From Chrysomallon squamiferum (taxonomy: Eukaryota > Animalia > Mollusca), in NCBI GenBank assembly GCA_012295275.1, contig CM022677.1, forward strand, positions 7,316,001 through 7,380,000: a DNA stretch of 64,000 bases, given 5' to 3'. Each line of letters opens with the position of its first letter. Position 1 is the stretch's first letter. The notes under the pieces were generated by a model. It was not told the origin of the DNA. It searched no databases and was given only the letters and a program-made list of their open reading frames with translations. A program made the translations under genes and the position numbers. This document shows positions 27,353 to 41,859 of this stretch, piece after piece.

Positions 27353-28911
27353 TTACTTTTTACACCAAGTAAATATTTTTATTTCACTGTACTGTGCCAC
27401 GTAGAGTTTGTTGTCATCACAACAGACAGACCAAGGCACGGACAGTCCATCCCGGCGTGTGAGGATGTCACGTGTAATGTTACCATCTCGTGACAACTGA
27501 ACAACACAATTTCTGTCGTCACTACAAACAAAAATATTTCCCTCCCTGTCACATGTAATGCCTGCCAAGTCTCTCAGTCTGCGTGAATCACGTGACTTCC
27601 ATTTGACGTCACCTGATAACGTCACACAAACTAAACTGTTTACATTTGACACAACAATCAGACATTCATCGTGAGCTGTGAGATACGACGGTCTGAGGAT
27701 CAAATCTGCTGAGATAGAATTAATGAGCTGACCACTGTCTGTCAGTATGTCCAAGCACTGATTACTGAACTCAGTGACCGCGAGACGGTTGCCTGGTAAC
27801 ACAGCGATATACTGATACTTTTAACAGTTTTAACTTTTTTTACCAGTTTGAAGTTTTTCAAATTTAAAAACAATATTTTACTTTCCAATGGCAGAGCAAC
27901 AACAACAACACCATCACCCAGCTGATCACGTGATTCAGCAAGACCGAGTGGTGGAGAGGAAGTTTTGTATCTTTTTATCAGTGATTTTCTTTTTAAACAA
28001 AAACATTTTACACATTCATTGTTGTAATCACTAACAACAATTTTACTTTTGTCTGCACCTGACACCAGCATGGAAAACGGAACAGGATCTGTTTTATCTT
28101 CTTGTGTTTTTGTGTTAATGGTGTCTGTGTGTTTGAGTGTGTCTATCTGTCTGATTATCTGTGTATCTGTTTGGATGTTTGTGGATATTTTTCCAATGTG
28201 GACTGATATTTCTGCCTTTTTATCAGATTTTATCAGATTTACTTTAAACTTTGCTTTTTCTATTTGGGAACGAGATTTGGACAGAAACTCGGAAGTTTTG
28301 TTTTGAAGTTTGGTGAATTTTGAAATGTTATTTTTTACATCTGACTCTGATTTTCTTGTCAGCAAATCTTTCCCCAATTTTATTATTTTTTCGTTTTCAT
28401 CAATCAGATGTTTGTGTTGATTGAATAATTTGTCTATTTCTGAGTTTACAAAGTTCTGAGATTTTTCTATTTCTCTTATTAACCTGTCTTGTTCTTTGTG
28501 GACTGCGGCAGTAAAATCTGTGATTAGTGTGTTACCAATCCTTCTGACCTCTTCTGCAGTGTCCACGACGTTGATGTCGACGGCTTGGCGAAGTTGCTCA
28601 ATCATATCATCCATCTCTGTCTGAATAATTTCTTTAAAGGTTTTGAGACTTTCAGAAACAGAACTCAGAAGTGACATATGATCTCCCTTTTGAGCTGAAG
28701 TAAATAAAAAAATAAATAAATAATCAATTAGTCAATTAATTAATTAATTAATTAATTAAGATATGCCTACAATGTGAAGTTTTAGAATTTATGTTATCAA
28801 CTACTTTAAAAAATCTGAGTAGAAAAATGACATAAATACAGTGTCCTCTATTTCTTTAGGTTGTGATAGTTAATATACCGCATAAATATCTTTAGTTAAA
28901 CAATCATTATT

Positions 28912-28957
<46 letters not shown>

Positions 28958-29278
28958 ATTGTAACGAATCTAAACACAACACTGCTGACTCACAAAACTT
29001 TGATTGTAGCCGATCATTAGTGGCGTCCTGTAGTGAATGGTTTATAGGGAATTGATCTGCCCATGTATACACTGGTTTCGAGCTGTCTGGATGTGGACAT
29101 CCTGCCTGCAGAACGGGCAGGTGATTTGTTTGTCGTTGTTGTTGTAATTGTGACTTATATAGTCCTGCAGGCATTTGCTGCACAACGAATGTTCACAGTT
29201 TAACATTCGCGGCTTCTTGAAAAGTTCCGTACAGATGCAGCACGAAAGATTATCATCAGAGTTTGTAGCTGTTGCCAT
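27353..29278 (-). pseudogene. TRIM/NHL-like E3 ligase (RING, coiled coil, NHL beta-propeller; no B-box) with two 1-bp frameshifts
   Basis: Exon 29278-28994 encodes a C3HC4 RING (CCIC...CEHSLCSKC...CPFC) and ends at a T|GTGAGT donor. Exon 28694-27353 encodes a coiled coil and NHL repeats (IVVSDYNNECVK, GITCDREGNIFVC, PWSVCC). The frame is restored by adding one base near 29090 and one near 27820. Confidence 0.85.
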
Positions 29279-29283
29279 ATCTG

Positions 29284-29346
<63 letters not shown>

Positions 29347-29998
29347 TTAATATTAATGAAATGATAAAATAAATAAATAAACATGCGAACGTAACATTAT
29401 AAATAAATTAAATAAGCTGATAATTCGTTCATTTTATTTATTTATAAGAAAATAGAAAAAGTATTTAAGTGAATTACAAACTTGCAGAATTTAACCTTGT
29501 GACGTAGGTATGAGAAGGCAGATAACAGATCTACTGTAATAAGTTATATGAAGCAAAATAAATAAATAAATAAATAATGATACATTTCAATGAATGCTGC
29601 ACGGTAATTTTGTTTCATGCTCACACATTTTCATGATGAAACTCGTATGTGGACAACGAAAGAAACGTGACATTCACAGAAGTAATATATTCAATGTAAT
29701 AATTACGAAAATGTTCATAGTAAACGAATGAATGACTTATTGTTACGGAAGATTATTTTATTAACGTGAACTCAACAAATTTTTAATCTTCAGTTAAATG
29801 GCTTCATTCATTGATAAAGTAATCGAGAAGGATAAATGCGACAACACATCGCCAGACACTAATTTTCTCTGACCACTGAGCCACACCCTCCACTCTAACA
29901 CAAAACAATTTTATACAGAAATTTTATTATGAGAATAACATAGAGTACCCAGTTTTATTTTATAAGATCTTACACTAACGACTATAACAACAACAACA

Positions 29999-30056
<58 letters not shown>

Positions 30057-30825
30057 CTTCTTACCTTTGTCTTAAGGAATGAAAATTTAATCACCTGCAA
30101 AATAAATATCTTCTTTTCGTCTGCGATGTCACTCGGTTGAGTGGAATATTCCAATTTCAAACTCAGCAAAAAATAATCGTGAAAGTTTTAAATGCTTGTG
30201 GTAATGTAAACAGCAGTAAATTAACGACTACCTTAACATAGTGCAGTTCATTTATTTTTAAAATGTGTGTTACAGTCTATAACACATGTGGTAATACTAG
30301 ACACAGCAACTGGTTTGTAGAAGGTCAGAGAAAGATAATACATTTAGCCGCGAAAATTACTTCTTTAAACTCGGTTATTATCAGGTCTTTTAGTAAGATA
30401 TATGAAAAAAACGTGATACAAGGTGAATATATGATTTAACTCACGTTTACACAATAGTAATAAAATAATAATATTCCTTTAATATATAAATTTTATTTCA
30501 TTCTGTTTAAGATAATATAGGGTATATTATATTATTTAGCTAAACCAACAAGTATATTTCTGTTTGAATCAGAGAGTAATTCTCAAATGTTTGGAAATAG
30601 GCAATTAAACAGGGGATTTAACCTGAGTGTATTCTGTTACAGCCATGTCTCACGACATGTGTATCAGATAACTGTTATTGTGTTTCTTTTTATCCACACA
30701 GTGTAAACAAAGACATTCTTGCTGTGACTGATATGTGTAAAGTGTAGTGCGCCTGTAACCTACATTCTAATCATTACAGAATATTTGTCACTTATAAAAC
30801 GAAACAGAACTCAGAATTAAAGGTG

Positions 30826-30875
30826 ACCTCCCTTTTGAGCTGAAATAAATAAATAAATAAATAATTAGTCAGTTA
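30826..30875 (-). pseudogene. Remnant of a second TRIM exon-2 acceptor region
   Basis: CTCCCTTTTGAGCTGAA-TAAAT...ATTAGTCA matches 28683-28735, the intron end and first codons of TRIM exon 2, and then similarity stops. Confidence 0.6.
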
Positions 30876-31298
30876 TTCATTATTCATAATTACATTTCTC
30901 AACAGCAAAGAGAGGAACTTAGTGGATGCAGAAAGTAACTCTGTGTTATATCATTCAGATTGATCATAACAGAAGAAAAGTTTTGTGAAGTTATTTTGAT
31001 GACAGTTTTATTAATATTATTTCCTAATCTAAAAGAATTGTTAAGACTTTTAACATTATAATGTTTTCAGTGTTGCTGTTGGATTTATCTCTGTGTGTCT
31101 GTGTGTCAAGCTATCTCTTGTTTAAACTAACTTGAACGTGCACATTAAACAAAAGACGAAACATAATCGCATCTGGATTAAAACACGTGTCTAAGATATC
31201 CAGTGATATCTAATTTAATTTGTAGTCACGTTTTTCGTATGTCGGGTTTTCCTTTTGTTTTATTTAACCTACCAGTTCTCTTGATCTTACCTCTCTAT

Positions 31299-31329
<31 letters not shown>

Positions 31330-31407
31330 TGTTTGTATTTATTTATTCATTTCTGTGTCTTCCTTTACATTTTTTTTCGTTGTTTGCACGTGTGAAAGAG
31401 AGAGGCA

Positions 31408-31445
<38 letters not shown>

Positions 31446-31447
<2 letters not shown>

Positions 31448-31980
31448 CAGAACCTCGACTTAAGTGTGGTCTGACACGAGTTTTTCGAGTTACGAGCAGT
31501 CGCCTGTCGATTTTTTGCTTTGAGTTGCGAGCCAAAATCCGAGTTATGAGCGAGCTTCAGATACACCGCCGTTAGTTGGCGCAACCAACAACAAAACATC
31601 CGGCCAGCATCCCGCGTCTTACTCATTTACTTCACGTAGTTATCTCGCCGCGGAAACATCTCTGGTGTGTAGTGCTTGGTTTTCTGTAGTATTTTGCCAA
31701 ATTTCTTTTTTTTGACAATGGATCTTAAGAAAGTGATTGCAGAGGACAGTGCTGATAAGAAGAAGCGGATGATGTATATTGAATTAAAGCTTGAATTCAT
31801 AGAAATACAGGATCGAGGTATACTTGTAGTCAACTTGGCTAGGCAGTACGTGTGTAATACTGAAACTGAAGAAAACGATAAAAGCTTTTTGAGGGTCTGG
31901 AACAGATTAATGGTATTTCAATTAATTTCAGTTGGGGAAATTGATTTAATATAAGAGCAAATTGAGATACGAGCTCGGCT
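31446..31980 (+). mobile_element. Internally deleted Tigger/pogo-type (Tc1/mariner superfamily) element
   Basis: The end has ACCTCGACTTA and GAGTTACGAGC subrepeats. A CENP-B-like HTH N-terminus (MDLKKV...KKKRMMYIELKLEFIE...RGILVVNLARQY, 31718-31849) is fused directly to a Tigger-like 3' region (GGTCTGGAACAGATTAATGG). The right TIR is missing. Confidence 0.75.
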
Positions 31981-32149
31981 ATATATATAGAAGTTGTTGT
32001 TACTGCTCTTGTTACGTTAAAACGCTCGTGTGTGTGTGTATGTGTGTATATGTGTAACTGATTTCTATTGTAATCTATTTTAGAAACATAACTAAATAAC
32101 TAACTAAATAAATAATGAATTATATTAGTAGTAATAGTGCTAGTAGTAT

Positions 32150-32193
<44 letters not shown>

Positions 32194-32507
32194 ATAAAAC
32201 AACTAGGACTATAATTCTGTTACTTTTGTTTGCAATTATTATTATTAGTATTATTACTATTACTAATATTACTAGTTCTACTGTTACTATTACTACTACT
32301 GCTACTAGTATTAATATTAAAACTCAGCTATAAATAGTACTTTGCTAATATATATATATATTAGTTCAATGACAACTACTTCTATTACTTGCTAAGAATA
32401 ACTGTAATTAATCATGTATGAGCAGTATGTAAGGAACAGTACAAATAAATAATCAGAATCAAATAAAATGTGACTGCAATTAAATAAAACAACAAAAGAA
32501 CGATCGT

Positions 32508-32540
<33 letters not shown>

Positions 32541-33140
32541 TAGATAGATAGATAGATATAGATATATAGATATAGATATAGATATCGAGTTGTTGTCACT
32601 GTTCCTGTTACGTAAAAACTTATATATGTATATGTGTGTATGTGTGTGTAGTGTGTGTGTCTGTGAAAGTGATTTGTATTGTATTGTAATGTAGTTTAGA
32701 CATTTTCTGCAAACATCATAATCTCTCTACTTATAGGTTATGATGTGTTAGAAAACTTAAATCAACTTGAAAAGCAAAAAAAAACAAAATAAAATAAGTA
32801 AAAACAAAATAAATAATTAAATAAACAAACAAACAAACAAACAAAATAAACACTGAAGCCTCAGTACCAGCCCTGTTCCCCTCCTCTGTGAATATTGTGA
32901 ATCAGTCCCTTGCTCCAACTAACTCGAGTGTGCATAGAGAAGAAAAGACGAAATATGATTTGTAACTTTGGGCTTTAAAAGACGAGTTTACAGATCCCCA
33001 GTGTTTTATCCAGATTAGTATCTAGTCACGTTTTTGAGATATCAGTTACTAAGTTTTGTTGTTTGTACGTAGTAATGAGAGAGGGGTCAAAGATCATCCT
33101 TCATATGTGTGAACAGAATATTTTATACAATGCGTCATAC

Positions 33141-33180
<40 letters not shown>

Positions 33181-34709
33181 ATAATAATAATAATATTAAT
33201 AACAACAACAACAATATCAGCAACAACGACAATAGGATTAATACCAACAACAACAACAAAAATAATTATAATAAAACAGTAATAGTAATATTATTAAGCG
33301 ATCCTGGCATTTTAATATCGGCACTTTCGCTGACTGTCGTGTAAATTTCCTAGATACTATCGATAACCTGACTTAACTGAAGGAATTTTTTAATTTGATT
33401 ATTTTATTTCATTTATTACTTTATCATTTTCCCTCGAAGATCGTTATTTTGTTATTTTATTTAATTGCAGCGTTATTTGTTTAGATGTTGATTATTTATA
33501 TTGACTGTTCCTTATGATGTATATTACTGACATACTGTTCACACATGATTAAGTACAGTTCTTCTTAGTAGTAGTAGTAGCAGTAGTGGTCGTTGGAGTA
33601 GTAGTAATAACTAATAAAGATATTAGCAGTAGTATTTATAGTTGACTTTTAGTAGTAGTACTAGTAGCAGAACTAGTAATACTAGTCATAGTAATAATAC
33701 TAATAATAATAATAGTGCAAACAAAAGTAATTATAGTTGTTTTACTACTACTACTACGCTATAATAATAATAATAATAATAATTATTATTATTATTATTA
33801 TTATTATTACGTCATGCGATCTAGCTTTCTGTGACAACATGTTAGTTGACTGCATGATAAACGGAAGTGTAGCCAACATCCAAATGTCATCTGTCTGAAT
33901 ATCTACATGGAACTACTGCTCACAACGAGGCCATCCATGATACAACAATAGCACAGTGTTCCTGTGTATATAAAGATATTAGTTCCAGAACGCGATATTA
34001 TTTCACCTGATACAGCTTAACAAATCATATTACAACACACGTATTGTCTGTTTTTCTTTTAATTCATTTGTTTATTTATTTATTTGTTTATTTATTATTT
34101 ATTTGTTTGGTGGGTTTTTACAAGCCAATTTAACAAATATACATTTACACATTTAGGATGTTTTCAAAGAAATTTAACCAAACCATTTCCTATCACTCAC
34201 CTAACCTTAACAATGTTTCCAAATAAACTAAAGAAAAAATATTTTGATAAATGTATATTTAAAGCACCTAACTATAACCCACAGTGAAAAATGTACTGCC
34301 TTTATTTTTTTCTCTCTCACAATATTTAACTTTCAACATGTTTTATAATGTATTTAACATTTTGTATAAGCAGTAAAAAAAAATAAAAGTGGACTTCATT
34401 TGTGTCAGGAACTGAAGTTTCCATTAATTAATACTGAATCTCAACTATTTTTAGTCATAATAATTATAAGCTTTTCAGAGTTATGGCCCTTTGTTTATAT
34501 AAAAATGTGTTCTCAAGCCAGGTCAGTCAATGAATTCATCTTTACTCATTTCACTTCCATCATTAATTCCAGTTTAATCATTCCATCAACAAGAGATAAC
34601 GTTCTCCAGACGATCAAGTACACACTCCAGTTGTTTCATTTCTTTGTCACAGTTTTCTGAACTTGATCTTTTCCATTATCTTGTTTGTTATAAGCCAGTC
34701 TGTTATATG

Positions 34710-35324
34710 TAACATGGACAACGATACATCATCTCATAAGTCGGATTTGTACTGTCTTTGGTTGATGAAAATATGGTAACGCTATATATTATTACACCTA
34801 TGGCCATTGGGATATTCTGTAACGACTCGGATATACACTGAAGTTGACTTTTGCATATTTTGCAGAAATTATTGGTGTGATCAATACTGTAATGGTTTAA
34901 TCTGATTCTTTACCCCTAAAAACATGTGTATAGACACCAAAATTATTTTAATATCATGTGTAATTACTGAGATATTGACGAAAACGAGATTTTCAGTAAT
35001 GGCAGCCTTAATATGCCTATTCAGCACAAAATATTGGTGTGATCTTGACTGAAATGGCTTTATCCGATTCTTTACCGCTCAAAACATGGGGATAGACACC
35101 AAAATTATTTTGATACCATGCATAGTTACTGAGATATTGACGAAAACAAGATTTTCAGTAATGGCGGTCTTAATTTGCATATTGTGCGGATTGCCCAAGG
35201 ATCACAGAGTGGCATCATTCAGATTCTTAAAGAGCACATCTCGGAGGTATAGAAACAGCAAAAAAACTTTGTACAGACTGTATTGCAAGGTTCTCCAAAA
35301 ATCTGGGGTTTGGCAACCGGACTA
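34710..35324. mobile_element. Non-autonomous DNA transposon end with internal tandem repeat of about 147 bp (possibly an Academ-like terminus)
   Basis: Two tandem units containing ATAGACACCAAAATTATTTT...GAGATATTGACGAAAAC...CAGTAATGGC are followed by a terminus ...GGCAACCGGACTA. The family call is from memory of similar repeats, not from a search. Confidence 0.5.
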
Positions 35325-36681
35325 TAGATAGTGATTGCGGCGTTAAAACTTCAAGTGTTATTTTCATGTGGCCGTGTGAAGTTAATTCTAGTTTTTCGGT
35401 GAAACATGTTCTGGTGTTTATAAAATGTTACACTAGATGCGCCCTCTTTATTTCTCGTTATATTTTTGACGTCACATATAAAGCTACTGTTATTTTAAAG
35501 AATTACAACAAGGAAGCTCCATCTAGAGTGAAATCAGTGCAATTTGCCATTGACATTTCATTAGCAACTGTGATATTAATTGGATATTTCTCAACGGAAT
35601 TTATGTTGTGTTTACTACATCAGGTCAGAATAATTTGTTACTCAGCAACAATAACGTAGTGTTTTTGTTAAGACAAATACACTATTTACATTGATAATAT
35701 TACGCTGCTTAATTTTTACAAGTGAACACTGTCTAAATAGTGTTAGATGTTATAAGCTTGATCCACAGAATATATTGTGTGGTATCCTGAAAGATAACAG
35801 TGGATTTTTTAATAGTCTTGTCATTGTGATTGAGGCACATCATGTGATCCAGAAAAAAATGAGAACATATAAAAACATTTAATGACACAATCAAACTCTG
35901 CTAAAATTCGCTCAGTTTAAGTCTGTAAATTTAATTTTAAAAAGTTAACATTATCAAATTTGAATTGACGTTTTATTTACTTCAAGAATTAATTTGATTA
36001 ATCTGAAATACATAAATATGATTTTTGTTAGGTATATATTTGTTTCACAGGCATTATTATAATTACAAATAATTTAATTACTAAAGAATTTGAACTTTTG
36101 CGAAGGGAGACAACTGTAACAGAGCATTCCATACAACGTCATTCAATGAGGCGAACTCTTTCATAGAAAAAAAGAGAAGACATTGTTATCCTTGGCGATA
36201 TACATTCTTGTCCATACAAAATATGATGGAAAATAGAAAAAAAGTTAGATTCAATTAAATCGTATCTGTTGCTACAGCAGACGAAATCAGCTTCGCAGCA
36301 AAACAAAATACGGTTAAAAGAAAAAGATAAGTGACAATTTTAAATAATAATACAACGAGCTCGCTATCTGTGACAATAGCATTGATATTATAACCTGTTT
36401 TAATAATATTACAGAACACAACGAAACAAACTTTTTGTGGACAAACTGTCAATAAATAAATAAATAAGAGAAAAAAGAAATGCTAAAAGATAAATAACAT
36501 TGTACTAGAAACGGTGTAGAAGCCAGTGCGGTATCTCTCCCCTCAGCCTCAAAACAATTGTTAATGAATAACGATGTGTGTGTGTGTGTCTCTGTGTGTG
36601 TTAGTGTGTGTGTATGCATATGTATGTATGTGTGTTTGTGTTTGTGTACATATATTACATATATATCTGTATATATATATG

Positions 36682-36729
<48 letters not shown>

Positions 36730-36820
36730 CATGTATGTATATATGTATGTATGTGTGTATTATGCATATATTAATGTATGTATACATACAGATTATAAAT
36801 ATAGACAGATTGATGAAACC

Positions 36821-36851
<31 letters not shown>

Positions 36852-38018
36852 CGGGTAGTGTTTTTTTAAGCTGTTAACTTTATTTATAGATACAGAAGAA
36901 AAGGGATACTATGTAAACAGTTTTTGAAATGTTTTAAATATATTTATAAATGTATTGTTCTAGGAGTGTATTTCTGTACAATCCCGAATGCTTCTGTATC
37001 CATTTTTTTTTTTTTTTTTTTTTTTTTTATGTAGATGAATATATGTTTAGTAAAAACAGCAGAGAACTAGCTCTGTTATACAGATTAAATAAATTCGAAT
37101 GAAATTAGTAAATGATTACTTTTTAAAATAAAATTCCTAAGCAAACGCGTTTTCTAATTCTAAATATATGCATAAAAACATCAAAACAATAACATACATG
37201 AATATGTGTGTGTGCGTGTGTGTGTGTGTATGTGGAATTGTGCATTCATTATTTCCCATTCTTTTTCTAAGGTTGATTAAAAATAATGCGGATAATTTCA
37301 GAACTATTACATTTCTAAATTGTCTTGGATAGCTTCTTTAATAACAGGCTAGAGTTGTCTTTTAAAACAAACTATTTGAGGTACTACTTTTTCACATTAA
37401 ACTGATTATGACCATGAAATATGTACTTATATCTTGGCTTAAAACTGACTCCGTGTATGACGACTATACGTGAGTGTGTGCAAAACATTGACGGTAGTTA
37501 CAGATAGTTATGGAAATTATAGGCCTAACGTTGGGATTGATCTTTTCTCAAGATAGATCTGAGATATGTCTGTTTAGTCGACATATTTATATTTAGCGCC
37601 GATCTTTCTACGTCACTGAAAATGTTTCGTCGCAAATAGTTTCGTCATTTTCACATTGAGATCAATGGCTGAAAAGCTCAATCGTTTTGAAGAAAATAAT
37701 AGCTTATTTTAATAATTTTTATCAAAAGAATTTCATTGTTTTACAAGCAACGAAAATTAGGAAATATTGATCACAATACAAGTGAAAGTGAGACTAATTC
37801 CTACTAACTCTCGTGACAATGCAGATACCTGTGTGTAAAGGTGGGGTGTGTTTATTTGTTTTTGGTACCAATGGCAGTCTTCCAATTTACTTGTACCATT
37901 TTTTTTTTTTTTTACAAAGATTTGTTTTCTATTTCACTGCTTTGTTGAATAAAACTAATCAAATATATCAGTTTTCTCAACATTAATATAAGCAGTCGTC
38001 AATTCAGTCTAGTCAGCC

Positions 38019-38282
38019 CAGAGCCGGATTTCCCATACAGGCTTTCCAGGCTAGTGCCTAGGGCGGCAGTTTATGTTACATACATTCGTATTTTTACATT
38101 TGATTTATAAATAAATCATTATGTAAATATAAAACCATGTTTTTGCTTTCAACTAGATCATAAGTCATAACTATTCATATTATATAAACTAAGTGGAAAG
38201 GGTGAGGTGACTTGAGCCTTGAGGAGGGGGCGATAAAATTTCTTTTAGCCTATGGGCGACAAGCACATTAAATCCAAACCTG
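38019..38282. mobile_element. hAT-type MITE with 8-bp TSD
   Basis: Imperfect TIRs CAGAGCCGGATTT and AAATCCAAACCTG are flanked by the exact direct repeat AGTCAGCC (38011-38018 and 38283-38290). Confidence 0.85.
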
Positions 38283-38376
38283 AGTCAGCCACACGGAACT
38301 CTCTTTTTTCTTACTTAAGTACCTATCTTTTTTACTTTCCTGTTGTATTTATAACAAATAAATGTTAGTTTAGGTA

Positions 38377-38414
<38 letters not shown>

Positions 38415-38799
38415 GTTTTTATTATTTTATTGTTGTTATTATTATTTATTTATTTACCCTTGTTTAGAAGTTTTTAATCTTTGCAGACGCTAACAAAATA
38501 GATACATTCTGTAATAAAATATTCTATCGTTGTTAATCTTCATGTACTTAGACATTTAATATAAATGTATTTGTCTTGACTCATTATTTTATTACGTTGT
38601 GTCACTTTTCACTTGATTCACATTAAACACTCCTTAATACAGTTTTAAACACACACACTAATATTAATAATCAAAAGAAAGGTTAACACACTACTATTGA
38701 AATTTCAGAAATATACTAAAACATATTTACTTTCATATACACACGAAAACATGAATATACCCTTCATTTGATTAGTTTCTGCTCTGTTACTGACACTGA

Positions 38800-38847
<48 letters not shown>

Positions 38848-39776
38848 TTTTGTTTTAAGAGAAATAAACTTGAAATGTAGTGCTATTATGAATTGTTTGA
38901 TAGGATTATTTGTTGTTTTAACGCATACACAGTTTTAATATATGCGATATCTTACACAGACTACACAGTTTAAACTGCAATGCATATAAAACAAAGGAAA
39001 ATGATTATTTCCAATATCTGTGAGTTGTCATAGTCGTAAGTTTTTTTTTTTTGGTTGTTTTTTTTGACAATGTTTTAAGACCTATATCAAACCTTGGTAA
39101 ATTCCTGGACAATAATTAGCAACTTATGCGAGTTTCATTGTTTTGTGATTTTATTTGGTGCATTAACATAAATTAAGAAGAAGAAAGAAAAAATTAGGTG
39201 AAAAAATAACAACACCGTTTATTTGTAAAATGAACCATATCGATTTATAATTAGTACGTATATGTTAATAAAGATTATTATGTTCCTTTATTTGTTATTT
39301 GTTTTGAACTTTTGTTCTTTCTTGTTTTTAGTATAGTAGATGCAGAAAAATGCGTGATGATTGCCGGTGTTTACGGATTTACGATTGGCTAATAATAAGA
39401 CTAAAAAAGAATTAAAAAACTAACAATAATAATAATAAAAAAAAAAACATTTCGATTTATAATTAGTAAGGTTATTATGTTCCTTTTATTATTTAACTTT
39501 TTTTTTTTTTTTTTTTTTTCACTGTATTAGTTTCGGAAAAAATGCGGGATGATTGCCGGTCTTTACGGATTTACTTCGACGTTTGAAGAATTTTATTCAG
39601 AATTGGTGTAATCGCTTTATCATCCAACAAAGAAGTTTCTTAAAACATTGCAGGAGACAGGTATTACTATTTATTATTATTGTTGTTAATATGTTTGGAT
39701 TTTTTTTTTTGGTTTTATTTATTTATAATTTAAAAGTCATAGCCGCATGATGGCAGCCATCTTAATCGGGAACAAT

Positions 39777-39809
<33 letters not shown>

Positions 39810-40120
39810 TTTTAGTTTTTTTTATTATTATTATTTATTTTTTTCACATAACGACTCTCGATTATTAATAAAATTCACAAGTGTTTTAATTAATGTGAAC
39901 AACGTCATATAAAAGAAGAAATCATGTTTAGTCTTTTAATTTTGTTTTACCAATTACTAAATGATGTATCAGCCTATCGGGCAAATTTTGGGTGGCCAGT
40001 AATTAAATTTATTTTAAAAGAAAACACCATACAACAACTCACTGAGAATTTTAAATTTGTATTATTCTTATTCTTATTCTTATTATTATTCTTATTATTA
40101 TTATTTATTTTTTTTAAATA

Positions 40121-40840
40121 GACTAATTCCATCGTGATGGCATTCACAGAACTCCTGTAGACAAGAGTATTGTTTACACTAAAACTGGTGTTGCCAGGTA
40201 TAAAAAAAAACTTGTACAAGCTAAGCTGGAGATTGAACAAAAAGCCAAAAGGCTCAAGTTGAATCACAAGGCAAAACCAGTGAACAGAAGTGTAGGTGGT
40301 AAAACAACCTTGGTGCACAGAGCTGCTAAACAAATCAAAAACTGATTTAAAAAATATATCAACCCACCAGTGACAGCTTAGTGGTTCCCTAAGTTTTATA
40401 AAAATATTTTCCTGATTTGTTTTGTTAGGCTGTTCTCGTCAATGCCAGCGCATCATGAAATGCAGAGACCCTGCATCAGCAACACACAAATGCAGGCCAT
40501 TTTCCAGAGAAGGGATACAAGAGACTTATGAAACATCATCCAAGGAACAGGCTGGTGTCAGGTAATGTCAGGCCTGTGTTAGAATGTTTTCAGAAACCTC
40601 TCAACAGTGGCAGGGTATGTTTTGGATGGGTTTGTGTGTGTGTGAGAGAGAGAGGGAGAAATATTGCATGAATGATCATATTGCCAAAAAATACCATTTA
40701 TCATAAAAAAAAATAATAATAAAGTATCATTTTATGTAGGTCATGGCAGTATTGTTCAGTTGCTGTCTAGAAAGGGAATTTGCGTTAATGAGAAGGATGA
40801 ACAAGCTGGATAGAAACTGCAGACTGCACAGTTCCAAGTT
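40121..40840 (+). pseudogene. Ankyrin-repeat gene remnant (5' exons), running toward the gap
   Basis: Exon-like blocks read GGKTTLVHRAAK (~40295-40330), AVLVNASAS*NA (40428-40561) and HGSIVQLLSRKGICVNEKDE (40740-40840, AG/GT bounded). In-frame stops are present. Confidence 0.65.
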
Positions 40841-41029
40841 GTAAGTTTTTATCTTAGTTTTATTTCTCAGCAAGTAAAATAAGTTTTATAGTAACATCTC
40901 TTTAGTGATTGTAAAATAATAGCATAATGATAATCATTTATTTTCTTTTCTTTTTTTTAATTATTTAAATTATTAATATTACCATCATTATCATTATAAT
41001 GATCAAAAATATCAAAAAACCCACAACTG

Positions 41030-41229
41030 NNNNNNNNNNNNNNNNNNNNNNNNNNNNNNNNNNNNNNNNNNNNNNNNNNNNNNNNNNNNNNNNNNNNNNN
41101 NNNNNNNNNNNNNNNNNNNNNNNNNNNNNNNNNNNNNNNNNNNNNNNNNNNNNNNNNNNNNNNNNNNNNNNNNNNNNNNNNNNNNNNNNNNNNNNNNNNN
41201 NNNNNNNNNNNNNNNNNNNNNNNNNNNNN
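41030..41229. other. Assembly gap (200 N)
   Basis: Run of N. Confidence 1.
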
Positions 41230-41859
41230 AAATAGCAGAGACTAAATAAATAAATAAATAAATAAATATGAGTTTATGTAAAGTTAAGACTATAAAAATC
41301 TATTCTAGTAGTGAAAATCTAGAAATCAAGTTATATCCATTATCAGTAAAAATCTGTAACAAAGTTGACACCAGTCATCTTCATATAAAACTATAAGACA
41401 TTAAGTAGAAAACACAAATGTGCTATATATATATATATTGATGAAAATTAAATCTTAACAGTAAAATCTCAAAAATAAAAAGAGAAAAAATTAAAAGAGT
41501 AAATAATAATAAAAAACTAAATATAAATAAATAAATATGGGACAGTATTTAGTATTTATACATTTTTTTCATATTGTTGAAATCACTTAATTGTACACCT
41601 TTAATTTTTCTACTGCATAGACTTTATAAATTGTCACTGTAATTATGTAACAAATGATTTTAATTTACTTCTCACGACTTCACACAAAATGTTGTATTTA
41701 AGTTGACAGTGTAAGAAAAACAGTTTATACATTCGTGCAGCATCACATAGTTCCTTTTTTGTGACTATGGATTGCTATTGATAATAACCATCCTTACTAT
41801 AATTATGATTTATTATCGTTATTGTTCTTACAACAACACTTATCTCTATATACCTAATG

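Larger units (their letters stand above)
32640..39252 (+). repeat. Segmental duplication, copy A (direct repeat of 54800-60187)
   Basis: Unique-sequence anchors are collinear, e.g. 32860/55021, 34390/56480, 36100/58500, 38011/59319 and 39100/60015, with scattered substitutions and indels. Confidence 0.92.

Noticed and set aside
28956-28993. Apparent decayed B-box (FCESAVLCLDS) after the RING
   Set aside because: It begins at a consensus GTGAGT donor whose phase matches the next exon, so it is better read as intron.
35086-35331. 81-aa ORF conserved at 57183-57428
   Set aside because: It lies in a non-coding transposon end copied by the segmental duplication, so the similarity does not imply coding.
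40999-41235. ORFs spanning N runs (also 60146-60532)
   Set aside because: They are artefacts of assembly gaps.
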